Assembly (NCBI GenBank): GCA_013265495.1
Contig: MU058444.1
Coordinates: 248,001 to 312,000 of the forward strand
Direction of reading: 5' to 3'
Length of the DNA stretch: 64,000 nucleotides
From: Vicugna vicugna
Lineage: Eukaryota
Part shown: positions 52,451 to 64,000 of the stretch, in pieces
Position numbering within the stretch: the stretch's first letter is position 1
Layout of the letters: each line of letters opens with the position of its first letter
The notes under the pieces: model-generated
Databases searched by the model: none
What the model was told of the DNA's origin: nothing
Seen by the model: only the letters and a program-made list of their open reading frames with translations
Translations under genes and position numbers: made by a program

Positions 52451-53904
52451 CATCTGTGACGGCGGAAGCGATGCCAGAGCACAGCTGACAGCACACGGCG
52501 CTGCTTGTTCTGTGCTTTTCCCTGGACTCTCTTTGCAAGGTCAGAGGAATGCTGGAAAAACACCACTTCTGGGAGGAAACAGCAGCGATCAGAGTTTCCT
52601 TCCGGACCTGCCAGGTCTAAGGGCCGTGAGCGATCAAGCTGGGATGTATGTCATGGACAGCTGACTATGATACAACTAATGGGGAATTTCATAGCTCTGG
52701 TCATAACGTGTGTGTGTGTCTGATCAGTGTCTAGCATGGGAACGAGCCGTCCAGGTGGACCCGGAAGACAGAAGGTGGGGGACCAGTCACCAGTATTCTG
52801 TGGCTGGGACCAGAGTGCGCTCTGGGCAGTTTATGCCTGGTAATTCCACATTAAGTGATGAGGGCCACAGACGGTGCTCCCTCCTTCTAAAACCCTTCAG
52901 TAATTGCACTGACCCATTGTGTTTCCAAGTTTATTTCATCTTGGGATTTTTATTTTTAATTATAAAAGCAGCATATGGTTCACTGTAAAAAGTCAATGGA
53001 GGCAAATAAAATTTAGGTCATCAACCTGCCCTTCCCACTTCCAGACTCTCCCCGCCCTGGCGAGGTTGCCAGTGTTGGGTGTCACACCACACTGGGCTTC
53101 TTCTGGAGGCACCTCCCTTCCCCACTGCTTCCCGAGATCTTGGAGGGCACAGACTTGCCTCCCTTACCTTTTTCTCCTCACCTTCTGCCATGTAGCCGGA
53201 CATAAGCCGCCAGGGTCCGTTAATTATTAGCTGCATGAATGATCAGAGAAATGAACGAGTGAATGAATGGGACGATTTCTCAGGCTTTGCCCTTGGGGCC
53301 GTTGCTTTTGTTTAAACTTCAGCGAGAAACCGATGCAAGAGGAGAGCCCCCATTTTGGTCACTGACTCGTACGAGTGCTGTGGATGGTGCTGTGTCACGG
53401 GGTGCAGGGTCTGCAGCCCCTTTTTCAAGCCTAGAGGGGCAGACTGAATCATGTGAATTATGAATTCAGAAAGCGGGAGATGACTGGCAGGAGAACCAGA
53501 CAGAGATGAGTGGCTCAGCACTGCTGTGGCATTAGGAGGTGTGATCTGATCTTCATAATGCATTTTCAGCTCCTAGAAAGAAGCACACGGGAACTTCTAC
53601 ACTGAGTTCACACAGCCTAGAAGCATTTACTGTGCTGCTCTGCACGTCAGGCACTGGGGTTAAATCATCATAGGTAGAGCTGAGGGAAGAATCCTGTCCA
53701 AGAGACACAAGCTATAGTCGGTCCCAGAGGCCTTCCAACCACGGGGGCTAAACCATTATTTGTAGGTGTAAAAGGGAAGATGGAGAAAAATGGCCAAGTC
53801 AGCAAGTCAGAATGTCCTGCTGACCATCAGACCACAGATAAAGGGGATTCCAGGTACCACGAGAACAGGAATTCTTTCCAGTTGGAGATTGAGACTGGAT
53901 TCCC

Positions 53905-54890
53905 TGGGGGTGGCGCTTCTCCAGGTGGGCTCTGGGACCGCCTGCCTCAGAATCCTTGTTAAAATCGCGTATTTCCCACTTTCCCCAAGGACTCCACAAT
54001 TAGGATTCCCAGAGCACGATCCCCGGAGTCTGCATTTTAATCTCCAGGGAAAACTCACATAAGTTAAATTGGAGCCGGGAGTCACTCATTTAAGAATCTA
54101 ACAGAGCCTACACAGTCCCTGAGGGGGTTGAGGTCCTAAACAGTATTTAGGCCAGAAGGGGGTCTTTACAGTCTGAACTTTAGCCGTGGGCTAAATCCAC
54201 AGCTTAAGTACAGAAAACGGGTTTTGCCCAGCTGCAAATTCACGTGTCTGTCTTAGTAATCCAGGTATTACAGGTAGAAGGGTATAAGAATTGGTTTTAT
54301 TTTAAAAATGGGAAGGAGGTAGGTAGATTGTATTCAAACAATCCCCTTTCCATCCTTTTCCCACCTCTTTCCCCCCATTCCTTTCCCATCTTCTACTCCA
54401 CAACAAAACAGCTTTATTTCACCTCCCCCTGCTGTCCTGCCTGTCTGCCAGAGTCTGTGGAAGCCCTCAGCCTTTCCCTGTCTGCTCTGTTTCCATCTCA
54501 GGGCAGAAATGGCTTCACTCTGGAGGTATCTGGCGGGTGGGAGCCGTGGGTGATTTTGGGTGATTTTGGGTACCAGCCACTCCAGCATGGCCGGGGCCTT
54601 GTCAGCGGTGGGTCCCGACCCGGCCGCATCTCAGATTCACCTGAGGTTGTTTTTTTCTTTTTTTTTTTTAAGCCGCCCAGATCTCACTCCAGGCCGCCTT
54701 CCTGGAATCTCAGGGGATGATGGCCCCAGCTGATTGTGATACACATTCAGGGCTGAGAACCAATTAGGTTAAATGTCTCAGTGTTTCTCATGGGTCTTAA
54801 GACCCTTTGTATCTGCATCTCTGGGGCATCGAATTAAAATGCAGACTGCTCCTCCAGACCCGAGACCCCGTGAATCAGTTGCTGGGAGGG
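53905..54890. mobile_element. Cluster of diverged MER5-like MITE fragments
   Basis: cagaatccttgttaaaat...gagtctgcattttaa (~53945-54040); ...gggctgagaacc (~54750); cagtgtttctca...ttaaaatgcagact...tgaatcag (~54778-54880). Confidence 0.4.
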
Positions 54891-57800
54891 GCCCCAGCCT
54901 TTCCATCATGTAAGCATTGCAGGCCTGGCTTCCGTTGGGTGGGACTTGGGAACCCCCAGTCCTTGGATTAGGGATGTGCACTGGGAAGAGCTGGCAGGAG
55001 CCGCTGAGAATCGGTGCTCTGGCAAGTTTATCCAGGCTGAAAGGCCTCTCCTTGTGCTTCTGCAGACCGTGGTGTCCCCTCGACCCCAGCCCAGGCCCCT
55101 GGCCGCTCCTCTGCTCTGCGTTACCCGCAGCGAGTGACTCATCCCAGCCCACGGTGGAGCCTGTCAGTTGGCAAACACCGTGCGTGGTGCGGGGGTGTGA
55201 GGGTGTCCACCCCAGCAGACGGTCAGACCCACAGAATTCACGGAAGGGGCGGGCCTGACCCCAGGTGCTAATTTGCACTCCAGGGCAGGGGAAGGGTCCG
55301 TGGCCTCAGAAGATGGAGGGGCCTTGAGGGAGAGTGGAAGCCTTCATTTCCAGATTGAAGCATTCAATCCCTGAGAATTCCGTCTCCCTAGAGAATTTTG
55401 GTGCATAAAGACCAGTAGTGTTTTCGTGTGTATTAAATGGGACACTGAAGTAGCTGGTAGGTACAAAGATTGTGTTTTTAGCTTTTGGCATTTAGTTGCT
55501 GTCATCTTGAGGTTTAAGTAGCCATTATTCAGAATCATATATATTTTATTTTGGGAGGTGGGCAAGTAAGACGAGTGTCACACTGTCCACGTCCCCCCCA
55601 CCCCCAGCTTCTCATTCTGTATGAAACCTAACACTTACCCTCCTGTTAGTCCTTACTTTTTGGTGAAAAAAAATTTTTTCCCTCCAAAACAGGAGATCTT
55701 GTATCTCAAGACACATTTGTGTTTATTTGGCCAGCTCTGCTGGGGAGGAAAGGCTGAGGCGTGGAGGTTATTTCTGTCATTGTGGCTGGAATTAGGTGAA
55801 AACCCTCTGGGCCGAGAAGGTTTCTTTCCCGGCACAAGTTACCAAGACTCAAAATACAACTTTGACAAAGGGCCCCTGTCCCACCTCCCTCCCCGCAACA
55901 CCCAGAGGCCACGCCAGCCTTTCCGGCCTCACAGCCTCTCCCTGTCTCCCCTGCAGACACTGGAAAGGCTGCCCGGGCAGGACTCACGGCTTTGTCTACA
56001 AGGCTGCTGCCTCCTGGGCACGTCCGTGGGGGCTGGAATAATATAATAAACGGGATGGCGCCTTTGGAAAACAATCTCCCTGTAGCATTTTTATTTTTTT
56101 CCTTGCTCACCCAGGGGAACAGCCGAGGCAGCAAATGCAGACACGGATCATGCGTTCAGACTTAGTCTTCTTGGACAATCCTGGGTAGTTCTAAGCAGGC
56201 TGGAGTCAGGCAGCCAGCCGTCAGCCAGTCCTTTTGGCACTCGAAGCCTTGCTGGGGCTGAGTGGTTGAACTGGTCTGTGAAGCCAGAAGATGCCCCGAG
56301 CGGGCCTGCGGTCACAGCAGTCAGGGCCTCACCGCGGTCTGGGAGCATCTCTCCTGACGTGCTCCTGCAGTTCACGGCTGGTGGTTTAGTCCCCGTCGTG
56401 TTTGGATCCTGCCTTTGACTGGGCCTGGATTTGTGGTGTTTGTGCATGGTGGGAACCTACCTTCCACGCCAGTGCGGCCCTCCCGTCTCATCCTCCCTCC
56501 CTGCCGCACGCAGCATCACCTCAGAGATGCCAGGTCTGGTTTTTCAAGGAGGATGTTGATGTTGGGGGTTTTGTCCTTTGCCTCTCAGCCTGCCCCTCCT
56601 TCATCTGCACCTGCTGCTCCCGCACCCATCCCGCCCCTCCCCACAGACAGGGCTCTGATGTCCCCACATTTGGCCTCCCTGCGCCCCCACCTGGCTGCCT
56701 TCTGAGCAAAGACGGGCGTGGGCTTCCCTGCGCCCTTATTCCCCTCTGTCTGCCCCTTGGCGCACTCCACAGACGTTCCAAACAGAAAGATCAAACCCAA
56801 ACACGATAACATGACCTTTCCCCTTGACCTTGGTTTTCTCCTCAAGCCGCAAACTCCTCTTCTTCCCGCCAGGTGGCCAAGCTTTCGGAAGGCACACTCC
56901 CCACCCAGGCTCGCCGGCTTTCGGAATTACCAGGGCAGTAGGGTTTATTTTGGATGGGATTGTGACACGGGATGGCTCGCTCTTTGTTTTGATGAGACAA
57001 ACTCACTGTCATTTAGTAAAAAGCCAGGAGATTTCAGTCCCCAGTCAGGCTGTTATCTCCGATGGACAGAGCACAGCAGCCCTTTTACATAAATACGTTT
57101 GGCTTCATGATCAGAAAATCGTGTTCTCCCCCTTCCTCTCTTGTCTTCATCTTTGTCTCAGACTAGAATCAGGCAGGTGCTGCCTCCACCCCCCACCCCC
57201 CATCCACACGAGCTGGTGGGAACATCGCTTCTCCATCGTTGTGGTTTGATGCTCTGCAAACCACCCTGTTGGTGACCTCTGGACAGTGAGAGCAGATTCC
57301 TGGAGCCCAGCCTGCATCTCGCTTACCTGTTGGCTGCCACGTCGTCCCACCCTCTTGGTGACCCCTCTGCCCCCTTGATCTGTCAGCTCTGTCCCCAGAG
57401 TTCTCCCCCGGCTCCCACATCAGGAATTTTCTCCTGGGTCCTCCCTCCTCAGATGGCTCACCCACCCCCTTCTCTGGGTGAGTTGACTGCCCAGGGTGTC
57501 TGGGAACTGCAGGCCTGTGTCTCCCCTCCTCTGTCTCCCCACGTACATTTCCTCTGGCCTCTCATTCTCCTGCATGTTTGGAGCCGATAGAATCTGCCTG
57601 TCTTCTCCCTCGGCCGTGAGGCAGGAGGACCAGGATTTCAAAGCTCTGCTCTTAAACCTGGCCCTTCCCAGTCTTGGGTCTGTCCCCTGCTCTTCTCCCC
57701 GGACCTAAGACTTCCCACGGGTGTCCAAGGAAGTGGTGACAGCCCCTGCTGGGTAGCTGATTTCAAAGGGGGCTTCTATGAGCACCAGACAGTTGGGGAG

Positions 57801-58568
57801 CAATTTCAAATCTCCATCTAAAGTAGAAGTGTTGCATGAAAAAACATCAAGTGTGTATGTGGCTGAAGGGAGGTGTGTGTGTGTCTGTCTGTCCAGGGTG
57901 ACCAGCTGGAGCCCGGAGCCAGCGGCCTGGGCAGGTTGGCCCTGTACACATTTACCACCCAAAGGCGCTCCAGCAGGGGGAGAGCTCAGTGTGGAGCAGC
58001 ACTGTCCACCCGCTAGGCTCCTCCCTCCTCGTCGGAGGGCACCGTGTGGGATGGGAAGAGGACCAGGTTCTCTGTACTCGTGTCTCGCGCCTGCACCACC
58101 CTCAGTGTATTGATGTTAAACATGAAACATGCTCGATGTGGACGTGGTTAGTTTCCGTGAGAAAGGAAACCCAGGTGGGCTTACCCGCAGGCCACGTCTG
58201 CTACGTCTTCTCTTTGTGGAACAGAACTAGATGTGTGATGAACCAAGAATGGGGAGGTTGTTCACCTAGCACGAGTCTCGAGCTGGCTTACTGACTGTGG
58301 CTGCAGAGGTCGGGGAGGTTAGAGCCTGGTGCCCGTGTGCCCCTGGGGTGGCCGGGGGCCCCGGCCCTGGGTCTCCTTTAGGCCAGTTCCAGTCCCCGTG
58401 GGGCTGTTGTTGCCACGGCCCCGTTGGCGGGTGCCGTCTTACTGTTTGTTTGTCTCTGATCTGGCTTAACATCAGCCATGTGGTGATGAGGCTCTGCCCT
58501 CAGATTCTTGACTGTTCATGTAGCTACACGTTTCTCTGCCTAAGATGGGATGCTGATAACAAGACACA

Positions 58569-58964
58569 TCGAGAAGGAAAAATACCACATGATGTCACTT
58601 ATATGTAGAATCTAAAAAAAAAAAAAAAAGACAAATGAACTTATTTACAAAACAGAAACAGACTCGCAGACATAGAAAACAAACTTATGGTTACCTGGGG
58701 TGGGGGTAGGGGGTGGGAAGGGATAAAGTGAGACTTTTGAGATTTGCAGATACTAATAAACATAAAATAGATAAATAAGTTTATACTGTATAGCAAAGGG
58801 AACTATATTCAATATCTTGTAGTAACTTACGGTCATAAAGAATATGAAAATGAATATATGTATGCTCATGTACGACTGAAGCATTGTGCTGTGCACCAGA
58901 AATTGACACAACGTTGTAAACTGACTGTACGTCAATAGAAGAAAGAAAGAAAGAAAGAAAAAAA
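58569..58964 (+). mobile_element. 5'-truncated L1 3' end with a (GAAA)n tail
   Basis: aaataccacatgatgtcacttatatgtagaatct...acagaaacagactcgcagacatagaaaacaaacttatggttacc...attgacacaacgttgtaaactgactg. Possible TSD aagacaca/aagaccca. Confidence 0.9.
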
Positions 58965-59354
58965 GACCCAGTTCCTTCTGTGCTGACAGGGGCCTTGATG
59001 ATGGTTGCCCCTCCTGTCTGAGCGTGTGTCGGGGTGAGAGGGGAGGTGGCCGTGTGCCGCAGACCCCACACGCTGCTATGAAAAGTGACTTGCACTCGGT
59101 GAAACCAATCTGGGGGGAGCCCTCTCGGCCTTTACATTTGTGTCCTTTGCCACGTTACCCTGTACGTTACCTTGTCTTACCTCTCAGTAGCCCAGGTTGG
59201 GGGATGAAGCCAAGAATCGCCAAGCGTAGCCCCTTTTGTGAGGAACGGAGGCGCAGCACAGGCTGAGTTTTCCCATGCTGGGGCCGGAGGGGTGGGGTTG
59301 AGGAAGGTGGAATCCCAGCCTGATGTGTTAAAAACGGATGCCGAGAAAAGAAGG

Positions 59355-59526
59355 AAACAGCAAGGACCTACTGTACAGCGCAGGGAGCTATATTCAGAGC
59401 CTTGTAACAGCCTATGATGGAAAAGAATCTGAAAAAGAATGTTATATGTATAACTGAATCACTTCGCTGTACACCAGAAACTGACACAACATTGTAAATC
59501 AACTAGACTTCAATTGGAAAAAAAAG
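59355..59526 (+). mobile_element. Short L1 3' end with poly(A)
   Basis: aacagcaaggacctactgtacagcgcagggagctatattc...ataactgaatcacttcgctgtacaccagaaactgacacaacattgtaaatcaact. Possible TSD agaaaaga on both sides. Confidence 0.88.
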
Positions 59527-60687
59527 AAAAGACTAGGAGTGCCAGGAAGGGCAGGGACTGTCCTCTTAAATCACTTTCTAAATGACAGTGGCTGCGGCGA
59601 AAGCTGTTTTCTTCTCAGAAGCCCTTGGGCTGACGGTGCCAGCGTGGTGTCTGCGGGGCGGTGCTGGAGACTCTGTGCTGCAGGGTTCAGGGCTGACTGT
59701 CAGTCCTCTGTGTACAGGCTGTGCTCGTGGTTATACTGATAATTTATACACTTTTTATTTTTTGGTAAACTACAGGCATTTTTATGTTTTAATTGTGTCT
59801 CACTAACTCAAAGCAATTCTGACTCAGAAATAATGAGAGCCTAAAGTGGGCCTGAAATAAAACGTTATCTTAAGAAAGTTGTAGGGAAAAGATTACTTAG
59901 TTTTATAATCATTCTCAGACATTTTGTCATTATTGAATTTTAGGCTTTTATTCATGAACATACAGGAGACAAAGCCAGTTTGAATGAATGAAGAGTGATT
60001 AAAATTTTTTGCTGTTTCACCTTCTCTAGAAGCTTGAACTAAGCTGAACGGTGGCAATTAGAAGTTTGGGGGACATTCTTTAATGAGATGAAGAACCTCA
60101 TTAGTTATTTCTCGTATTTGTTTGTAAATAGATGTTTATTCAGGGTTTAATCGTATGGCTTGTCAGACGGTTAAAACAGCAGCAAAAGTGCTCTCAGTCC
60201 TTTTCATCTCTGTTTACGCTGCTGTTTATAATCGCACTGCGCTTCTTCAGATTATTTGGCCTAGGACGGAAAGTAGTGATCCTCTCTACTGACCCCCCAC
60301 CCAGTATAAAAAAAGTGGTCCAGCAGCGTGTGCCCTGTGCTGTTATGTTACTCTCAGAAGCTGGAGGTCTGATTACCCCTTGTTTATAGGAGAGGAAATG
60401 CCTTGTCTAGCAAATTAATGGTAAACAGCTGAACCTGGAGCTGGTCGTCTGCTATCAAGAGATCTTTCCAGCCTTCTCTCCAGATGCTCCTGTGCTGATG
60501 TTCTGAAATTTCGGCACTCCCTGCCCAGGGCCTCCCCGCTCCCTCTCAGGCCCATGCTTCTTCTCAGCTCTTCCTTATTTATTTCAAAGCAGAAGTGTCC
60601 CCCTTGGTCTAATTTTTTTCCCCTTCTCTGAACTTCTGCAGCACTCACGGTGTGCTATGCTGGCATTATTTGAAAAATACCTGTTGA

Positions 60688-60800
60688 CGACCCATTTTAC
60701 AGATAAGGATATGAAGGCATAGGGGGCTAAGTAGTTTGCCCGAGGGCCCCAGGAAACGCAGAAGACTGTCACAGATTGCTTTCCTGGCTGTTTGGGGAGT
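60688..60800 (-). mobile_element. MIR core fragment
   Basis: cccattttacagataaggatatgaaggcatagggggctaagtagtttgcccgagggc. Confidence 0.6.
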
Positions 60801-61341
60801 TGATGGAGGACCCGTGGGATACAGAGAGAGACAGATAAAGAGGACAGTGTCATCCTCTAGGTGGTCAGGGCCTGAACTAGGTTGATACTAATAAGAGTGG
60901 ACAGAACAAGATGGGGAGGGAAAATAATTAGTGACTAATCAGAAGGATTTGGACATTGGCCGTGAGTGGGAAGAGGGGGTTGCAGGGGAAAGGATTCTAA
61001 TTACAGGTTTTTAATGAGGTTGGTGGTCAGCCTTGGCTTCATTGAGAAGTGGTTTCTATATGTATTTTTTCACATGTTGATTCTTAAATGTCACATTTGT
61101 CCAGAGCAAAACCCTTGGAAGGCAGTTAAAGGGGGATTTCAGCTGGGAGTAACCTGCAGGCTTTGTACTAGCTCTTGTGAGCTGGGACCAAGCAGTTTTC
61201 GCACTGGTAAAATAGAGATAATTTCCACCCTTTGGGGGGTATTTCGTGGCTCAGATGAAGAGAGCGGCTGTCCTTGCAGAGGCTCAGCAATGTGAGTTTC
61301 TCGCTCATTCATTCGGTACCTGTGGGCTGCTTAAGCTTAAT

Positions 61342-61651
61342 ACAGCAGTCCCTTGGAGAAAAGGGAAGGAGAAAAACACCAAAAATTCTAGGATGCTCAG
61401 ATCTCTCATGTAAATGGCATCGTCTTTGCATTATCCTCCCATCTACAGTAAAACCATCTCCAGATCACTCACAATACCTAGCACAATGGAAATAGTTGTA
61501 AGTATGTTGGAAATACTATGTAACTAGTTGCCACGTGAGGCAAATTCAAGTTTTGCTTTTTGGAACTTCCTGGAAATTTTTTAAAAACTATTTTTGATCC
61601 ACAGTTGGTTGCATCCCCAAACGCGGAACCTGTGGATGTGTGGGGCCAATG
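61342..61651 (+). mobile_element. MER2/MER2B-like TcMar-Tigger DNA transposon fossil
   Basis: ggatgctcag...aaatggc...tttgcat...atcctccc...atctccagatcactcacaatacctagcacaatg...ggcaaattcaagttttgctttttggaactt...tttttgatccacagttggttgcatcc...gcggaacctgtggat. Confidence 0.8.
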
Positions 61652-63204
61652 GAGTTATCTCAGCTTTGGGGAAATGGTAGCAGACAAGGCCAGTGTGGTC
61701 CTTCTCCCCAGTGAGCTTAGAGTTCAACAAGGGAGACTGACCATCGCCAGGCACTTATCTGATCAGAACCGTGATGGATTTCACAAAGGTGAAGCCCACG
61801 GAACCTGAGAGCAGGGGAGTCCAGCCCCGCCTTGGGGCCCAGAGGTGTTCCCGAGGGTGTGACATTTTAGCTGGGTACTTAAGGATGCGTAAATGTTCCC
61901 CTTGCTTAGTTGTCTGTTCTGCTGTTTTTAGTGGCCTAAAGCAAACCGATAATCGGGACCCTTCAAACCACACTACTGCCTTTCTTGTCCAAAGCTCTGA
62001 TTTTTGCAGGCAAATACCTTCTTCTCAGGCAAGTTAGGAACAGGCATAGGGTGGAAAGCAATGGTCTTTGGAGCAGGAGCCCTGTGTTCTGTTTGCTGAG
62101 CTTGTACATAAGCAGGTTAGCTTGAGGAGGGGACGCCTTCCTATGGAGCAAGCCTCTTGGCCAGCTCTGTCTGAACTCAGTCCAGCGCTGTTCTCAGGCA
62201 GTTGCTTTAGGTGTCCTCAGATGCCCTAACTCCAGACCAGTCCTGACCAGTTTCTTACAGCCGCTATTCATGTGTTCCCGTGGAGGGCCCGTCTTCCCAG
62301 GCTTCAGTGATGTTTCTGATGCCCTGAGAAATAAAGACTTCTACCTAATTGACACACCTTTCCTCTTTCTCTGTTTTCTTGATCTTTTTCTCGGATGGAG
62401 CAGAAAGCTGCTGTGCTCTGTGCGTGTGAGTGTCAGCTTGACCTTCCTTGGCTTGTGAGGCCATGGCTGCAGCCCCAGCCCCTTTTCTCAGTCTTATAAA
62501 AACCTCCCCCCGGGACCTTAGTGGTGGCAGAGGAGGGACGGTTGGGGGGTCCAGGGCCAACAGCACCATTCACCTGGGCAAACCTCACCTACCTGGACAG
62601 CTGTGCCATCCTGTAATGGATGGATGTACCTTCATTCGTTCCTCCCCCCCCTTTTTTTTTTGCCTTTTCCTTTTTTAAAAAGTTGAAGTGTGTGTGTGTC
62701 TGTGTGTGTATATATTGCCATCATGTTTATGAAACTAGGATCGTAAGTAGTGTGTGTCCTTCACGACCTTGTGTGACCCTGCATAGGCAGAGAACAGTGT
62801 CAAGCAAATGTGACCACAAATTTAAATATTTTCAGCTTTTAAATTTGTACTGAGAGCTTTTCTGTAGCTTATGGTTACTCTGTGGTGTTGGAGCAGGGCG
62901 TGCATTTCCCCCTTTATTTCTCCCGTATTCTCTCCACCCCCGATTTAGAAATATTAGGTATGTTTTGGCTCAACTTGCATTTGTCAAGCTGGTGGAAGAA
63001 ATGGCCCAGGATCAGGAGAACCTTTCCTATTTTAGCCCTTCTTAATGTTAGCGGGTCCAAAGTAAACGGATTCTTGAAATTAAATGCCGTGAACTGAACT
63101 TTTCAAGCCCCCAAAAAGGCTGTAACCTCAGGTTTTAAACCAAGAGAAAGAGGAATTTCAAGTAACAATTTTGGTCATTTCAAAAATCACAGTATTTAGT
63201 GGCA

Positions 63205-63865
63205 GGCAAACACAGAGGAAAATTATTCAGCCTCCTTACTAATAAAAGGAATGTAAAACAGAATGTTGCCAGACTACTTCACCAGTAACGTGGGCAGTTT
63301 CTAAAATGTAAGGGAAAAAAGGAAGGGGAAGGATGTTGAACTGGGCACCTTATACTGGCTGGTCGAAGTGTAAATGGGTGTAACTCGCCCCTCTAAAGCA
63401 ATTTAACAGTATTTATCAAGTGCTCTAGAGATGTGAGTGCCTTTGACGCAATAATGACAGTCTGGGCGCTCAGCCTAAGGAAATAACCAGCAATGGACAT
63501 GAATAGAATTATAACATTAGGAATTTGGAGCAACCTGAATGTCCAACAACAGGGGATTGGCTAAATGAAGTATGAAAGTATAAAAGTGGGCTTTTTGTGC
63601 CACTGAGAACAGCCAGCTATTTGGAAGAATAATGACAGGGGAAAAGGTTTATAAAATAACATAAAGGGATGCACAAACCTAGTGTTTTGCAATATAATCT
63701 ATTTATATACACATTCTGTGTGTGTGTGCCTGACAACGTGACAATGAACAAATACTTCAGAGTGAAACGTTTTCTCTGGGTGTTGGGGATGTTGGTGGGG
63801 TTTTTTTTGTTCTTCTTAGGACTTTTCTGAGTTTTCCAAATTATGTTTGTAATCAGAAGAAAATT
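63205..63865 (+). mobile_element. Old L1ME-like 3' fragment
   Basis: actggctggtcgaagtgtaaatggg...aaagcaatttaacagtatttatcaa...gcaacctgaatgtccaacaacaggggattggctaaat...ttgtaatcagaagaaaa. Confidence 0.65.
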
Positions 63866-64000
63866 CGTGATTTAAAAATGCATCCTTTAGAATGCTTTGT
63901 ACTGATACAACCAAATGAAAATGGGGGAATGGAGATGCCCTCAGTGACTTCTGGTAAGGTGATGGAACTTGGTGGCGGTGGTGGTTTTTAATCTTTTTCT

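Overview
This is mammalian genomic DNA, most likely from a camelid (alpaca/llama/camel), judging by five tRNA-Ala-derived Vic-1-type SINEs and cetartiodactyl-type L1 3' ends. It contains the 5' part of LRRC1 (Lano, a LAP-family SCRIB paralog) on the + strand: a CpG-island promoter (~3480-5250), coding exon 1 (4299-4457), a 37,857-nt intron 1, coding exon 2 (42315-42432) and the first ~21.5 kb of intron 2. I did not find exon 3. The rest is intronic or intergenic DNA with L1, L2, MIR, MaLR LTR, MER2/MER5 DNA-transposon fossils and simple repeats. Almost all ORFs in the supplied track are spurious. I see no convincing new multi-gene system. The best leads are: (1) an intron-1 42-bp minisatellite built largely of nuclear-receptor half-sites, with three perfect DR2 elements; (2) three substitutions in exon 1 at residues I recall as shared by human LRRC1 and SCRIB; (3) an out-of-frame upstream ATG inside an NRF1-like/Inr motif that would open a 159-codon overlapping ORF; (4) inverted SINE pairs around exon 2; and (5) an RFX X-box micro-array. 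Exon coordinates were counted base by base. Repeat boundaries and family names are by eye and approximate.
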